In this document: piece by piece, positions 20,694-32,483 of the stretch
Layout of the letters: every line of letters starts with the position of its first letter
Position numbering within the stretch: position 1 is the stretch's first letter
The notes under the pieces: model-generated
Seen by the model: the letters and a program-made list of their open reading frames with translations, nothing else
Told to the model about the DNA's origin: nothing
Database searches by the model: none
Source: an uncultured Gemmatimonadales bacterium
GTDB taxonomy: Bacteria; Gemmatimonadota; Gemmatimonadetes; Gemmatimonadales; Gemmatimonadaceae
DNA: 64,000 nucleotides
Assembly: GCA_963851265.1 (NCBI GenBank)
Contig: CAWKNZ010000002.1
Coordinates: 960,001 to 1,024,000, forward strand
Direction of reading: 5' to 3'
Program-made: the position numbers and the translations under genes

Positions 20694-22043
20694 GTGAACG
20701 AGCGGTCGAACGCACGCGCGACCGCCGGCGCGCCGACGCGGCGCCGTGGGATCGGGCGCGTGACGCTCACGCAGTGGATCGTCGTCAGCATGGTCGTCGG
20801 CGTCCTGATCGGCGTCGTCGCGCCCGCGGCCGCGGTCCAGCTCAAGCCGTTGTCGAACATCTTCCTGCGGATGATCAAGTCGCTGATCGTCCCGCTGCTG
20901 TTCAGCACGCTGGTGATCGGCATCGCAGGACACGGCGACGACATGAAGCGGGTCGGCCGACTGGCGCTGCGCTCGATCATCTACTTCGAGCTCGTGACGA
21001 CTGCGGCGCTCGCCGTCGGGCTCACCGCCGTGAACCTCGTGAAGCCGGGGGTCGGCATCACGCTGCCGGCAGAGGCGGGCAAGGACATCGCCGACCTCGC
21101 GACCAAGCAGCCGACGTTAGGCGGCGTCCTGGAGCACACCGTTCCGCAGAGTTTCTTCGAGGCGGCGGCGAACAACGAGGTGCTCCAGGTCGTCTTCTTC
21201 GCGATCCTCTTCGCGGTCGCGCTCGCGCGCGTGGAGGGGCGGCCGAAGCAGTTCTTCCTGGAGTTCTGCGATTCGCTCTCGCAGATCATGTTCAAGTTCG
21301 TCGGCCTCGTGATGGCGTTCGCGCCCGTCGGGATCGGGGCTGCGATCGCCGTGACGGTCGGGAAGAGCGGAATCGGTGTGCTCAAGAATCTCGCGCTGCT
21401 CGTCGGCACACTGTACGGCGCGCTCGTCGTGTTCCTCGTGTGCGTGCTCGTTCCCGTCGCGCTCGCCTTCCGCATCCCGCTCGCGCGCTTCGTCCGCACC
21501 GTGCGCGAGCCGGCGCTGATCGCGTTCTCGACCGCGAGCTCCGAGGCCGCGCTGCCGCGAGCGATTCAGGCGATGGAGGCGTTCGGCGTTCCGCGGCGGA
21601 TCGTCGCCTTCGTCATCCCGACGGGCTACTCGTTCAACCTTGATGGCAGCACGCTGTATCTCGCGCTCGCCTCCGTGTTCGCGGCGCAGGCGGGTGGGAT
21701 TGCGATGCCGATCGGCACGCAGATCCTCATGATGATCACGCTGATGCTGACGAGTAAGGGCGTCGCTGCCGTGCCGCGCGCGTCGCTCGTCATCCTGAGC
21801 GGTGCGCTGACGCAGTTCGGGCTACCGCTTGGCGCGATCGCCGTGATCCTTGGCGTCGACGCACTGATGGACATGGCGCGCACGTCGGTCAACCTGATCG
21901 GCAACTGCCTGGCGACGGCGGTGATGGCGCGCTGGGAGGGCGAGCTAGGCGCCGAGCCGGCGCTCGCGACTGCGCAGGGCGCTGAGCTGGCGAGGCAGGA
22001 ACGGCCGGCGGCCGATCCGGACCTCCTTACCGCTCGTAGATGA
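20694..22043 (+). CDS. Dicarboxylate/amino acid:cation symporter (GltP-like)
   Basis: FSTASSEAALP, GYSFNLDGST, LTSKGVA, DMARTSVN. Confidence 0.93.
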   Translation: MNERSNARATAGAPTRRRGIGRVTLTQWIVVSMVVGVLIGVVAPAAAVQLKPLSNIFLRMIKSLIVPLLFSTLVIGIAGHGDDMKRVGRLALRSIIYFELVTTAALAVGLTAVNLVKPGVGITLPAEAGKDIADLATKQPTLGGVLEHTVPQSFFEAAANNEVLQVVFFAILFAVALARVEGRPKQFFLEFCDSLSQIMFKFVGLVMAFAPVGIGAAIAVTVGKSGIGVLKNLALLVGTLYGALVVFLVCVLVPVALAFRIPLARFVRTVREPALIAFSTASSEAALPRAIQAMEAFGVPRRIVAFVIPTGYSFNLDGSTLYLALASVFAAQAGGIAMPIGTQILMMITLMLTSKGVAAVPRASLVILSGALTQFGLPLGAIAVILGVDALMDMARTSVNLIGNCLATAVMARWEGELGAEPALATAQGAELARQERPAADPDLLTARR

Positions 22044-22560
22044 CGATCTCGCGTTCCTTGTACGTGGTGCGCGCGACCGGGCGATAGCCGCACTTGTCGG
22101 CGACGCGGATCGACGCTCCGTTCTCGGGCGTGATGATGCAGGCCGTGCGCGCCGGGCGGGGCAGCCGGTCGTCGCCCCACGCGAGTGCGGCGGCGACGGC
22201 TTCGGTCGCGAACCCGCGCCCGTGCGCGCGAGCGCAGAGCGCCCATCCGACCTCGGGCGTTCCATCGAGCGGTGGCGTGAGGGCCCGCCGGAAGTCGGCG
22301 AACCCGACCTCGCCCACGAACGCGTCGGTCGCGGTCTCCCGCACGATCCAGTACCCGTAGCCGAGGAGCGACCAGAGACCGGCGTACCGGAGGAGACGTG
22401 ACCAGGTCTCCTCTTCGGTCGCGCGATGCCCGCCAATGTGGCGCGTGACGACCGGGTCGGCCCACATCGCGGCCGAGTCGGCCAGATCCTCCGGAACGTG
22501 CGCTCGGAGCGTCAGGCGAGCGGTCTCGATGACGGGGGCACAATCGCGTGAGATGGGCAT
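22027..22560 (-). CDS. GNAT RimJ/RimL-like acetyltransferase
   Basis: IETARLTLR, HGRGFATEA, ENGASIRVADKCG; 17-nt convergent overlap with symporter. Confidence 0.88.
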   Translation of the reverse strand: MPISRDCAPVIETARLTLRAHVPEDLADSAAMWADPVVTRHIGGHRATEEETWSRLLRYAGLWSLLGYGYWIVRETATDAFVGEVGFADFRRALTPPLDGTPEVGWALCARAHGRGFATEAVAAALAWGDDRLPRPARTACIITPENGASIRVADKCGYRPVARTTYKEREIVIYER

Positions 22561-22692
22561 GAGACCAGGCTAGCGAAGCGCGGCGCGAGCCGGAATGCGC
22601 TGAAGAGTTCGCGAGCACGAGGAGATCCGGGACGGTGGCATCACCCGTGCTCGGTGAGGCGCCGTACACTCCTTCTACGCTCTGAGGATCCC

Positions 22693-23274
22693 ATGGCGAC
22701 TGCCACAATCGACACCGAGTCGAAGTCCGGCTCCAAGCAGGACAACAAGGCTGGAAAGAACGACGCGAACGGCAAGGCGCCGTCCCGCCCGGTCGAGCCG
22801 ACGCGGAACGATCTCCCGGCGGAGACGCGCGGCGAGATGATCCAGCTGTGCAACATGCGCCTGGCTGATTGCATCGACCTACAGACGCAGACGAAGCAGG
22901 CACACTGGAACGTCCGCGGTCCGCACTTCTGGGGCTTGCACAAGCTGTTCGACAAGATCAACGAGGCGGTCGAGGAGTACGTCGACCTGATCGCGGAACG
23001 CGCCGCTCAACTCGGGGGCGAGGTCGAGGGTACCGCGCGTATGGTCGCGTCGCGCTCGACGCTCCCCGAGTTCCCGAAGGGGATCCACGGCGGCATGGAC
23101 AGCGTCAAGGCGCTCTCCACCGCGCTGTCGTCGTTCGGAAAGGTTGCCCGCGAGGCGATCGACACGGCGGACGAGGCGAACGACGCCGACACGTCCGACA
23201 TGTTCACGGAGATCTCGCGCGGCATCGACCAGTGGCTGTGGTTCGTCGAGGCTCACCTGCAGGCCGACAACTGA
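22693..23274 (+). CDS. dps: Dps ferritin-like DNA protection protein with Lys-rich N-terminus
   Basis: KQAHWNVRGPHFWGLHKLFD, DLIAERA, LWFVEAH; GAGG RBS before ATG 22693. Confidence 0.94.
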   Translation: MATATIDTESKSGSKQDNKAGKNDANGKAPSRPVEPTRNDLPAETRGEMIQLCNMRLADCIDLQTQTKQAHWNVRGPHFWGLHKLFDKINEAVEEYVDLIAERAAQLGGEVEGTARMVASRSTLPEFPKGIHGGMDSVKALSTALSSFGKVAREAIDTADEANDADTSDMFTEISRGIDQWLWFVEAHLQADN

Positions 23275-23296
23275 CGGCTCGGCCGGCACGCGCGTG

Positions 23297-23329
23297 AACG
23301 GGGCGGCCCCAAAGGGCCGCCCCGTTTTT
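23297..23329 (+). terminator. Intrinsic terminator after dps, possibly bidirectional
   Basis: AACGGGGCGGCCC-caaa-GGGCCGCCCCGTT-TTT between convergent genes. Confidence 0.85.
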
Positions 23330-23385
23330 GCGAGCTTTGTTCGGCGCGTGACCGTGCCAGGAGCGCGTTGAGGAGCCGCCCGCCA

Positions 23386-24501
23386 CTACGACGGGGCGAG
23401 CTCGATCCCAAGCATCCGGAGCGCGCCCCGGACGGCGCCGCGCGCCGGTTCCACGTCGGCTTGACGCAGCTGCGCACCGGGGACGGCCGTCTTGAGCCGG
23501 TGTTCGAGCCGCCGCCGAAGCGCGCCGCGCACGAGGAGGCCGCCCGCGAACGCGAGCGGGACCGCCGCGCGCTCGTCCACGAACAGTGCGCGCGCGAGCG
23601 TCCGCACGTGGAGGACGAGTTCCTCGACGCCCAGGGCCAGCAGGGCGTTGGCCCGCAGATCTCCGTCGCTCGCGACGCGGACGACCACGGGTGCGAGCGT
23701 CGCGAAGTCGGCCGGCGTCGCGCGCGCCGCCCACGCGATCATCGCGCTCGGGTGGTCGCCGTCGATCGCGCCGAGCAGGGCGGGGACGAGGGCGGTCTCG
23801 GGCTCGCGTCCGTCAGCGGCCGCGGCGGCGATGTTGAGCGCGCGACGACCGAGCCAAGCGCCGCCACCCTCGTCGCCGATGACGGGCCCCCACCCGCCGC
23901 ACCGCTCGAACCGACCGTCCGGCGCGCGGCCGTACGCGATCGAGCCGGTGCCCGCGATGAGGAGGATGCCAGGACCCTCGCCGAACGCGTCGTCCAGCGC
24001 GATCGCCGCGTCGGTCGTGACGTCAACGGCCGCTGCGAGCGCGCGCGCGGTGAGCGCGTCGGCGAGGGCATCGCGTTCCGCCTCGCGCCCGACGCCGGCG
24101 ACACCCACGACTAGCGCGGCAGGGCGCGTGAGTTCGTCTCCGGCGGCGCGAAGCGCGTCGCGCACGCAGGCCGCGATCACGTCGGCTGCGTGCGGCACGC
24201 CGCCCGGACGGACCGCCGAGGCCGGACCGTCCGCCGTACCGAGGACCGTGCCGTCAACGCGCGCGACGACGGCGCACGTCTTCGACCCACCGCCATCCAC
24301 GCCGACCACGATGCGTTCCGCACGCGCCGGTTCGGCCAGCCCCGGTTCGGCGAGCCCCGGTTCGCGCGCTTCGGCGTGCGGCGCGTCTTCAGCAGGGACG
24401 GAGTCGCGCGTGAACTCACGCGGTGCGTTCGGGCCGGAGTCGGACTCGTCGCCCGTGTCGCTGACCGAAGTTTCCGGCGCGATCTCGCGCGGATCGCTCA
24501 T
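23386..24501 (-). CDS. BadF/BadG/BcrA/BcrD-type sugar kinase (GlcNAc/MurNAc kinase-like)
   Basis: GVDGGGSKT, IAGTGSI, GGWGPVIGDEGGG; ATG 24501 overlaps the symporter stop (ATGA). Confidence 0.88.
   Translation of the reverse strand: MSDPREIAPETSVSDTGDESDSGPNAPREFTRDSVPAEDAPHAEAREPGLAEPGLAEPARAERIVVGVDGGGSKTCAVVARVDGTVLGTADGPASAVRPGGVPHAADVIAACVRDALRAAGDELTRPAALVVGVAGVGREAERDALADALTARALAAAVDVTTDAAIALDDAFGEGPGILLIAGTGSIAYGRAPDGRFERCGGWGPVIGDEGGGAWLGRRALNIAAAAADGREPETALVPALLGAIDGDHPSAMIAWAARATPADFATLAPVVVRVASDGDLRANALLALGVEELVLHVRTLARALFVDERAAVPLAFAGGLLVRGALRRRLEHRLKTAVPGAQLRQADVEPARGAVRGALRMLGIELAPS
24327..24364. repeat. 15-bp tandem repeat (about 2.5 copies) encoding EPGLA in kinase N-terminal extension
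   Basis: ccggttcggccagcc ccggttcggcgagcc ccggttcg. Confidence 0.75.
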
Positions 24502-26039
24502 GCCGGCTGAGGGCGCGCTACGTCCGGCGCCGGGTGCGTGAATGACGACACGACTCCAGTCGTGAGGGTGAGGGCCGTGCCGATCAGCACGAACCACGGC
24601 CAGGCGATGCGCGCGAACGGCGCGAGCGGTTGCGCGAGGGACGGGACTACCGCCCCGATCTGTTTCGCGAACACGATGAACGCCATCGCCGCGATCCCGA
24701 CGCTCATGCCGAGGAGCGCATCGCGCTGCACGGCGCGGGGCCAGAACACGCCGAGGAAGAACCCGCCGAGCAGGCCGCCATAGGTGAACGACGCGATGCC
24801 GAGGGCGACCACCACGACCGGCGTCCCGTTGTCGCGAAACAGCAGCGCACCGGCCGTGAGCGCGACGCCCCACGCGAGCGCGAACAGCTTCCCCGCGCGC
24901 AGCGTCCCGGGATCGTCGGCGCGGCGCCCGGTGAGCGGGAGGTAGAGGTCGTGGGTGGTCGCCGCGGCGAGCGAGTTGATGGCGCCAGAGTGCGTGCTCA
25001 TCGTCGCCGCGACGATCGCCGCGACGATCAAGCCGACGAGGCCGGCCGGCATGTGGTCGACGATGAACGACGGGAAAATCGCATCCGTCGCGGCGAACGC
25101 TCGGCCACGGTAATACGCCCAGAGGCCGAGTCCGATGAAGAGGAACAGCGTGAACTGCGCAAACACCGCGAAGCCGCTGCCCACGACGGCACGTTGCGCG
25201 TCGCGCAGCGAACGCGCGGAGAGCAGTCGCTGCACGATGAGTTGATCGGTGCCGTGCGACGCCATCGCGAGGAATGCGCCGCCGAGCAGACCGGCCCAGA
25301 GAGTCTGCGCGCGGTCGAGACCGGCGTAGGTGTCGATCACCCGCAGCTTTCCCGCGGCGCCGACCGTGTGCACGATCGCGCCCCAGCCGCCGGGCACGGC
25401 GCGACCGAGGAGGACGAGCGCGCACAGGCCCCCGAACACGTACACGGCCGCCTGCACGAGCTCCGTCCACACGACCGCCTTCATGCCGCCCTTGTACGTG
25501 TAGACGACGGTGAGCGCGCCGAGGGCGAGAATCGCCGCGGGCATCACGCGCGACGAATCGCGAACGGTCGGGCTGATGATGAGGGCGATCGGGATCGCCG
25601 TCGCGAACACGCGTACCGAGTCGGCGAGCGCCCGCGTGATCATGAAGACGATCGACGCGAACCGTCGCGTCGCGATCCCGAACCGCCGCTCGAGGAGCGT
25701 GTAGGCCGTGACGAGTTCGCCCTGGAAGTAGCGCGGCAGCAGGACTCGCGCGACCACGACGCGACCGACGATGTAGCCGGCCACGATCTGGAGGAAGCCG
25801 AGGTCGCCCGCGCCGGGCTTGGCGCCGTACGCGAGTCCGGGCGTGCTGATGAAGGTGAGCGCGCTCGTTTCGCTCGCCACGATGGAGAAGAGCACGGCCC
25901 ACCACGGAATCGCACGGTCCGCGACGAAGTAGTCCGTCGCATTCTGCTGCCGCCGACCGAGCCAGATACCGAGTCCCGTGGTGCCCGCGAGGTAGGCCAC
26001 GAGCACGAGCGCATCGAGCGCGGTGAATCGCGTGCTCAC
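24498..26039 (-). CDS. Sodium:solute symporter (SSS family)
   Basis: DYFVADRAIPWWAV.FSIVASETSALTFIS, GGMKAVVWT, GTDQLIVQRLL; GTG start 26039. Confidence 0.9.
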   Translation of the reverse strand: MSTRFTALDALVLVAYLAGTTGLGIWLGRRQQNATDYFVADRAIPWWAVLFSIVASETSALTFISTPGLAYGAKPGAGDLGFLQIVAGYIVGRVVVARVLLPRYFQGELVTAYTLLERRFGIATRRFASIVFMITRALADSVRVFATAIPIALIISPTVRDSSRVMPAAILALGALTVVYTYKGGMKAVVWTELVQAAVYVFGGLCALVLLGRAVPGGWGAIVHTVGAAGKLRVIDTYAGLDRAQTLWAGLLGGAFLAMASHGTDQLIVQRLLSARSLRDAQRAVVGSGFAVFAQFTLFLFIGLGLWAYYRGRAFAATDAIFPSFIVDHMPAGLVGLIVAAIVAATMSTHSGAINSLAAATTHDLYLPLTGRRADDPGTLRAGKLFALAWGVALTAGALLFRDNGTPVVVVALGIASFTYGGLLGGFFLGVFWPRAVQRDALLGMSVGIAAMAFIVFAKQIGAVVPSLAQPLAPFARIAWPWFVLIGTALTLTTGVVSSFTHPAPDVARPQPA

Positions 26040-26073
26040 GCGTCGGGGCGCGCGGTTGGGACTGCGCCGCGCC

Positions 26074-26115
26074 AAAGCGCGAAGGCCCGCGGTCCGAGTG
26101 GACCGCGGGCCTTCG
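26074..26115 (-). terminator. 16-bp hairpin/terminator downstream of erpA
   Basis: CGAAGGCCCGCGGTCC-gagt-GGACCGCGGGCCTTCG, short T run a few nt downstream on minus strand. Confidence 0.65.
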
Positions 26116-26160
26116 GGTCGAGCGCGGCGCCGGGTGGGGCGCCGGTCGAGCGAGACGCCA

Positions 26161-26517
26161 TCAGGCCGAGAACGAGCTGCCGCAGCCGCAGCCGCCGGTC
26201 GCGTTCGGGTTCTTGAACGTGAAGCCGGAGCCCTGCATCGACGAGACGTAGTCGATCGTCACGCCGCTGATGTACTGCGCGGAGAACGGGTCGATGAAGA
26301 CCTTGAACTCGCCCTGATCGAGCACGAGATCGTCCTCGGCCGGCTGGTCCTCGATGAGGAGTCCGTACTTGAACCCGCTGCACCCGCCGGGCTGAACGCT
26401 CACGCGCAGGCCGCCCTGATCGTAGGCGACGCCCTCGGCGTCCATGAACTTCTTGACCTCAACGCCGGCCGTCGGGGTAACCGATAGGGCCAGCTCGGGC
26501 TGACTTGCAATGCTCAT
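26161..26517 (-). CDS. erpA: A-type Fe-S carrier protein (ErpA/IscA/HesB)
   Basis: GGCSGFKY and NPNATGGCGCGSSF; GGAGG RBS. Confidence 0.93.
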   Translation of the reverse strand: MSIASQPELALSVTPTAGVEVKKFMDAEGVAYDQGGLRVSVQPGGCSGFKYGLLIEDQPAEDDLVLDQGEFKVFIDPFSAQYISGVTIDYVSSMQGSGFTFKNPNATGGCGCGSSFSA

Positions 26518-26626
26518 CCGAACCTCCGGTGAGAGTCGCGCGCGAGCACATCCCGCGCGTGGTAGCTGCCGCGCAATCTACGGGCGGCATTTCTGCAGAG
26601 CTATACCCGCGCCGTGCCCGCCCGGT

Positions 26627-28495
<1,869 letters not shown>

Positions 28496-28497
28496 CG

Positions 28498-29769
28498 TCA
28501 GCGCGCGGTGAGGGGCGTGGGGGAGGACACGGTCGGGGACGCGCCGAGCGCGCGCATGACCGCGTCCGTGAGCGCGACCCGCACGCCCCCGATCTTGGTG
28601 TTCATGCGCGTCGGGTTGACGCGGTTGGTGAGCAGAATGATGTACGTGCGGCGCGCCGGGTCGATCCAAATCGACGTCCCGGTGAATCCGGTGTGCCCGA
28701 ATGCGCGCCGCGAGAGGTAGTGCCCGGCCGAATTGCCGCCGGTCGGCGTCTCCCACCCGATCGCGCGGCGAGAGACGGTGGTGTCCTGCGCGCGGGTGAA
28801 CAGGGCGACCGTCGCCGAATCGAACACGCGGCGGCCGTCGACCGCGCCGCCGTTGAGGTACGCGCGCGCGAGCCGCCCGAGGTCGGCGCCGGTCGAGAAC
28901 AGCCCCGCGTGCCCCGACACGCCGCCTAACGCCGCGGCGTTCTCGTCGTGCACCTCGCCCCGCAACTTGCGCTGGCGCCACGGGTCGAACTCGGTGGGCG
29001 CGATCCGCGCGAGCTCGGCGGCCGGCGGCAGGTAGCGCGTGTCGCGCATGCCGAGCGGGCCGAACACGTGCCGCTGCAGGTACGCGTCGAGCGGCTCGCC
29101 CGTGACCCGGGCGACGAGCGCGCCGAGCGTGATGAAGTTGAGGTCGCTGTAGACGTAGCGGACGCCGGGCCCGGTATCCGGCTTGGTCGCGAGCGCGAGG
29201 GCGAGCGCGGAGGCGGGGTCGGTCGCCTCCTTGTACAGCGGCCGCCACGGCGGCAGCCCCGAGCTGTGCGTCATGAGTTGGCGCACGGTGATTCGCGCCT
29301 TGCCGGGGGCGTCGGAGGGGGCGAACGCGGGGAGGTAGCGGACGACCGGACTGTCGAGCGCGACCCGGCCCGACGCCACGAGTTGCAGCATCGCCGACGT
29401 CGTGCCGACGACCTTCGTCAGCGAGGCGAGGTCCCAGAGCGTCGTCGAGTCCGGCCGCGGCGCCGTCGGGCTCCAGTCGATCCGCCCGGCGCCGAAGCCG
29501 ACCGTCTCACCCTGCGCGTCGCCGACGACCGCGTACGCGCCCGGGAAGGCGCTGTCCGCGACGGCGCGTGCGAGGACGGCGCGCATACTGTCGAGCACCG
29601 CGCCGCGCGTGCGCTCGCTCGCGAGCGCCGGCGTGTGGACCCGCTGCGCGCCCGCCCGCCCGGCGAGAAGCGCTGCCGCCGTCGTGATCGCGGCCGCGAT
29701 CGCCAGCGCGCGTGCGCGCGTCCCGTACGCCGCCCGCGGTCGCGGCCAGCGCGTTCCAGACCGCGTCAT
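28498..29769 (-). CDS. Exported beta-lactamase-family serine hydrolase (AmiE-like)
   Basis: SxxK (LASLTK), YSD, GEVHDENA, GHAGLFST, GHTGFTGTSIWIDP; signal-like N-terminus; ATGA overlap with nagZ. Confidence 0.88.
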   Translation of the reverse strand: MTRSGTRWPRPRAAYGTRARALAIAAAITTAAALLAGRAGAQRVHTPALASERTRGAVLDSMRAVLARAVADSAFPGAYAVVGDAQGETVGFGAGRIDWSPTAPRPDSTTLWDLASLTKVVGTTSAMLQLVASGRVALDSPVVRYLPAFAPSDAPGKARITVRQLMTHSSGLPPWRPLYKEATDPASALALALATKPDTGPGVRYVYSDLNFITLGALVARVTGEPLDAYLQRHVFGPLGMRDTRYLPPAAELARIAPTEFDPWRQRKLRGEVHDENAAALGGVSGHAGLFSTGADLGRLARAYLNGGAVDGRRVFDSATVALFTRAQDTTVSRRAIGWETPTGGNSAGHYLSRRAFGHTGFTGTSIWIDPARRTYIILLTNRVNPTRMNTKIGGVRVALTDAVMRALGASPTVSSPTPLTAR

Positions 29770-31754
29770 TCGCGGGCTCCTCCGGGCGCGGCTGCCGCCG
29801 CCGTGGCCGTCATCGCCTCGCGGGCGATCCCGTCGCCCCGTGCGAAGTACCCGGGCAACGAGACCGGCGCGTGCCCGGTGATCGCCGCACGTCCCAGCAC
29901 GGCCCGCGCGGATGCACGTTCGAGCGCATCGCCGCGCCCGTAGGTCACGAGGTACGTGCCGACGTGCGGAAACTGCCGGATCACGTACGGGTTGCCGCCC
30001 GCGACGACGATGACGCGCCGCGTGGCCTCGGCCTGGCGGTCGATCCACGCCGCCACGTGCGCGGGGATCGCGAGCCGGCCGTTCCCCTCGAACGTCCGCG
30101 TGTAGGTCATCACGACCAGCCGATCCGAGGCGCGCGCCGCCGCGCCGATGCTGTCCAGCGCCGCGGGCGACGAGCGCGGCGAGATCCGGTACGTGCGGAC
30201 GCGCGCCGCGCCGGCTCCGAGTTCGGCGAGGAAGCTCTGTCCGGCCGTGATCTCGTTGTCGGGCGCGTACACGACGGCCGTGATCGCGCGCACTCCCCGG
30301 GCCGGCACGAGTTGCGCCGTGTCGCGCAGGAGCGTGACCGCGCGCGCGGCGATCTCGCGCGCAATCGCCCAGTGCGCCGGCGCTCCCACGACGTCCCGCA
30401 GCGCCTCTAGATCCGTGATCGGCTCCGCGAGCGCGCCGGTGCGCGCCTTCAACGTCAGGAGCCGCCGAAGCGCCGCGTCGATGCGGGCCGGCGCGATCGT
30501 CCCGCGGTCGACGGCGGCGACGACGCCGTCTACGCAGCGCGGGACGTCGGTCGGCATCAGCAGGATATCGTCGCCCGCAGCGACGGCGAGCGCGCACGCG
30601 CGGTCGACCGGGTAGCCCTGTCCGATCCCTTCCATCGTCAGGGCGTCCGTCACCGTGAGGCCGGCGAAGTGCAGCGTATCGCGGAGCAGCCCGGTCATCA
30701 CACGTGGCGAGAGTGTGGCAGGGACGTAATTCAGGCGCCCGGTGTCGCCCTGAACCGCCGGAAGCGCGAGGTGTGCCGTCATCACGCCGGCCACGCCGGC
30801 GGCGATTGCGGCGCGGAAGGGCACGAACTCGACGCTGTCGAGTCGCGCGCGGTCGCTGCGGACGACGGGCAGCGCGACGTGCGAGTCCGCGTCGGTGTCG
30901 CCGTGCCCCGGAAAATGCTTCGCCACGGCCGCGACGCCCTCGCCCTGCAGCCCGCGCACGAATGCGGCCGTCATGCGCGCGACGGCCTGCGGCTCCTCGC
31001 CGAACGCGCGCACGTTGATGACCGGGTTCGCCGGATTGTTGTTCACGTCCGCGTCCGGGGCGAACACCACCTGGACGCCGGCGGCGCGCGCTTCCTTCCC
31101 GATCACGCGCCCGACGGACTCGGCGTCCTCGGGGCGCTCCGTCGCGCCGACGGCCATGTTCGTCGGCAACACGGTCGCCGTACCCGCGCTCCACAGCTGG
31201 GGGGTGAACACGCCGCCTTCGAAGCGGCCGAGTCCCGGTTCGAGGTCGCTCGAGACGAGCAGTGGGATGCGAGACGGGGTCGCGAGCGCCAGGCGCTGCA
31301 TCGCATTCACCTTGGCCGCCACCTCCAGGGGCGACCCGAGCGACATGATGACGCCCCCGACGTGATCCGCGCCGATCCAGCGGCGGATCTGGACGAAGCT
31401 CGGATCGTCGCGGTTCACGTAGTCGCCGAGCACCCAGACCGTGACCAGCTGCGCGACGCGGTCGCGGAGCGGGAGCGCCGCGATCGTACTGTCGACCCAG
31501 CGCGCTTCGGCCGGTGACAACGGACGTGCGAGCGCGCCCCGTGCGGGCCCGCGCCGTCCCGGCGCGCCGGCGAGCGCGCTCGCGGACGGTTGCGGATCGG
31601 CGCCGACCGGCCCGCGCACGGCCGTTACCGGCGCGGGCGGTCGCGCGCCGGCCCCGGACGACGCGCAGGCCGCGCCCGCGAGCGGCGCGGCGAGGGCGGC
31701 AACACGGGCCACGCGGGGCAGCGCCGGGCGCGGCGGACGAGAGGGGAGCGGCAT
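29766..31754 (-). CDS. nagZ: GH3 beta-N-acetylglucosaminidase, predicted lipoprotein
   Basis: KHFPGHGDTDADSH signature, NPANPVINVRAF, VTDALTMEG, C-terminal GH3 domain; lipobox-like LAGAAC. Confidence 0.9.
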   Translation of the reverse strand: MPLPSRPPRPALPRVARVAALAAPLAGAACASSGAGARPPAPVTAVRGPVGADPQPSASALAGAPGRRGPARGALARPLSPAEARWVDSTIAALPLRDRVAQLVTVWVLGDYVNRDDPSFVQIRRWIGADHVGGVIMSLGSPLEVAAKVNAMQRLALATPSRIPLLVSSDLEPGLGRFEGGVFTPQLWSAGTATVLPTNMAVGATERPEDAESVGRVIGKEARAAGVQVVFAPDADVNNNPANPVINVRAFGEEPQAVARMTAAFVRGLQGEGVAAVAKHFPGHGDTDADSHVALPVVRSDRARLDSVEFVPFRAAIAAGVAGVMTAHLALPAVQGDTGRLNYVPATLSPRVMTGLLRDTLHFAGLTVTDALTMEGIGQGYPVDRACALAVAAGDDILLMPTDVPRCVDGVVAAVDRGTIAPARIDAALRRLLTLKARTGALAEPITDLEALRDVVGAPAHWAIAREIAARAVTLLRDTAQLVPARGVRAITAVVYAPDNEITAGQSFLAELGAGAARVRTYRISPRSSPAALDSIGAAARASDRLVVMTYTRTFEGNGRLAIPAHVAAWIDRQAEATRRVIVVAGGNPYVIRQFPHVGTYLVTYGRGDALERASARAVLGRAAITGHAPVSLPGYFARGDGIAREAMTATAAAAAPGGARE

Positions 31755-31885
31755 GCAGGCGGGGCGAAGAGGTGGGGACGGCAGTATACGGGCGGCGCAC
31801 AGCTCTTGCACCCGCCGCGCTCGCCTCGCGTGACGGCGCGCGCCTGCTCCGGCCCGTCCTTTCGTACGTTCTCTCGCTCGCTTCG

Positions 31886-32251
31886 ATGCCTCTCTTTCGC
31901 TCGCGTCGCGCCGCGACGCTCGTCGGCGCACTCGCCATCGGCGCTGCGGTTCTCCCCGGCACGGCCTGCGCGCCGCGCGCGATCCAAGTGTCGGGCGCGC
32001 AGGAACCGCCGGCGGCCGGACTCTCGTTCACAAACGGTTTGCGAACGGCGGTGAACGTGTACGTCCGCCCGGCGAGCGGCACCGAGATGTTCGTTCGCCA
32101 GGTGCCCGCGGGCGCGACGGAGGCGCTGGTCGTGCGCGGCGTGAGTCCGGGCGCGCTCGTCTCGCTTCGCGCCGCGCCGGTCGACGGCGGGGCCACCTAC
32201 AACCGCGACAACGTCGCGCTCGGCACGGGTGCGGCCTGGAGCATTCCCTGA
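31886..32251 (+). CDS. Hypothetical small lipoprotein
   Basis: Basic N-terminus, hydrophobic stretch, GTAC lipobox-like site, beta-rich mature part. Confidence 0.6.
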   Translation: MPLFRSRRAATLVGALAIGAAVLPGTACAPRAIQVSGAQEPPAAGLSFTNGLRTAVNVYVRPASGTEMFVRQVPAGATEALVVRGVSPGALVSLRAAPVDGGATYNRDNVALGTGAAWSIP

Positions 32252-32483
32252 TCCGCACTCGCGCGAGCGCAGGATCCGCCGCGGCGCGTCCGGGCGCCTC
32301 GGCCGGCCTGCGGTTGCTCCGCGCCCGAACGCACGGCTAGCTTGGCGGGACCGGCGTACGGTCCGTACGCCGGCCCCACTCGCGTCCGCCCCGCTCCGTC
32401 GTCCGCCCGCTCATCGAGCGCCCCGCGCGGGGCGCCCGCGCGCCGGTCATGGGTGGGGCGGACGCGCGTACACCGTGGTGGAC

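Noticed and set aside
28498..29769. Antibiotic-resistance beta-lactamase
   Set aside because: GHTG motif and coupling to nagZ fit an AmiE-like cell-wall hydrolase better
28498..32196. 1232-aa minus-strand ORF as a giant fusion protein
   Set aside because: Only the part from ATG 29769 is a real hydrolase; the upstream part is an Arg/Ala-rich off-frame shadow of nagZ
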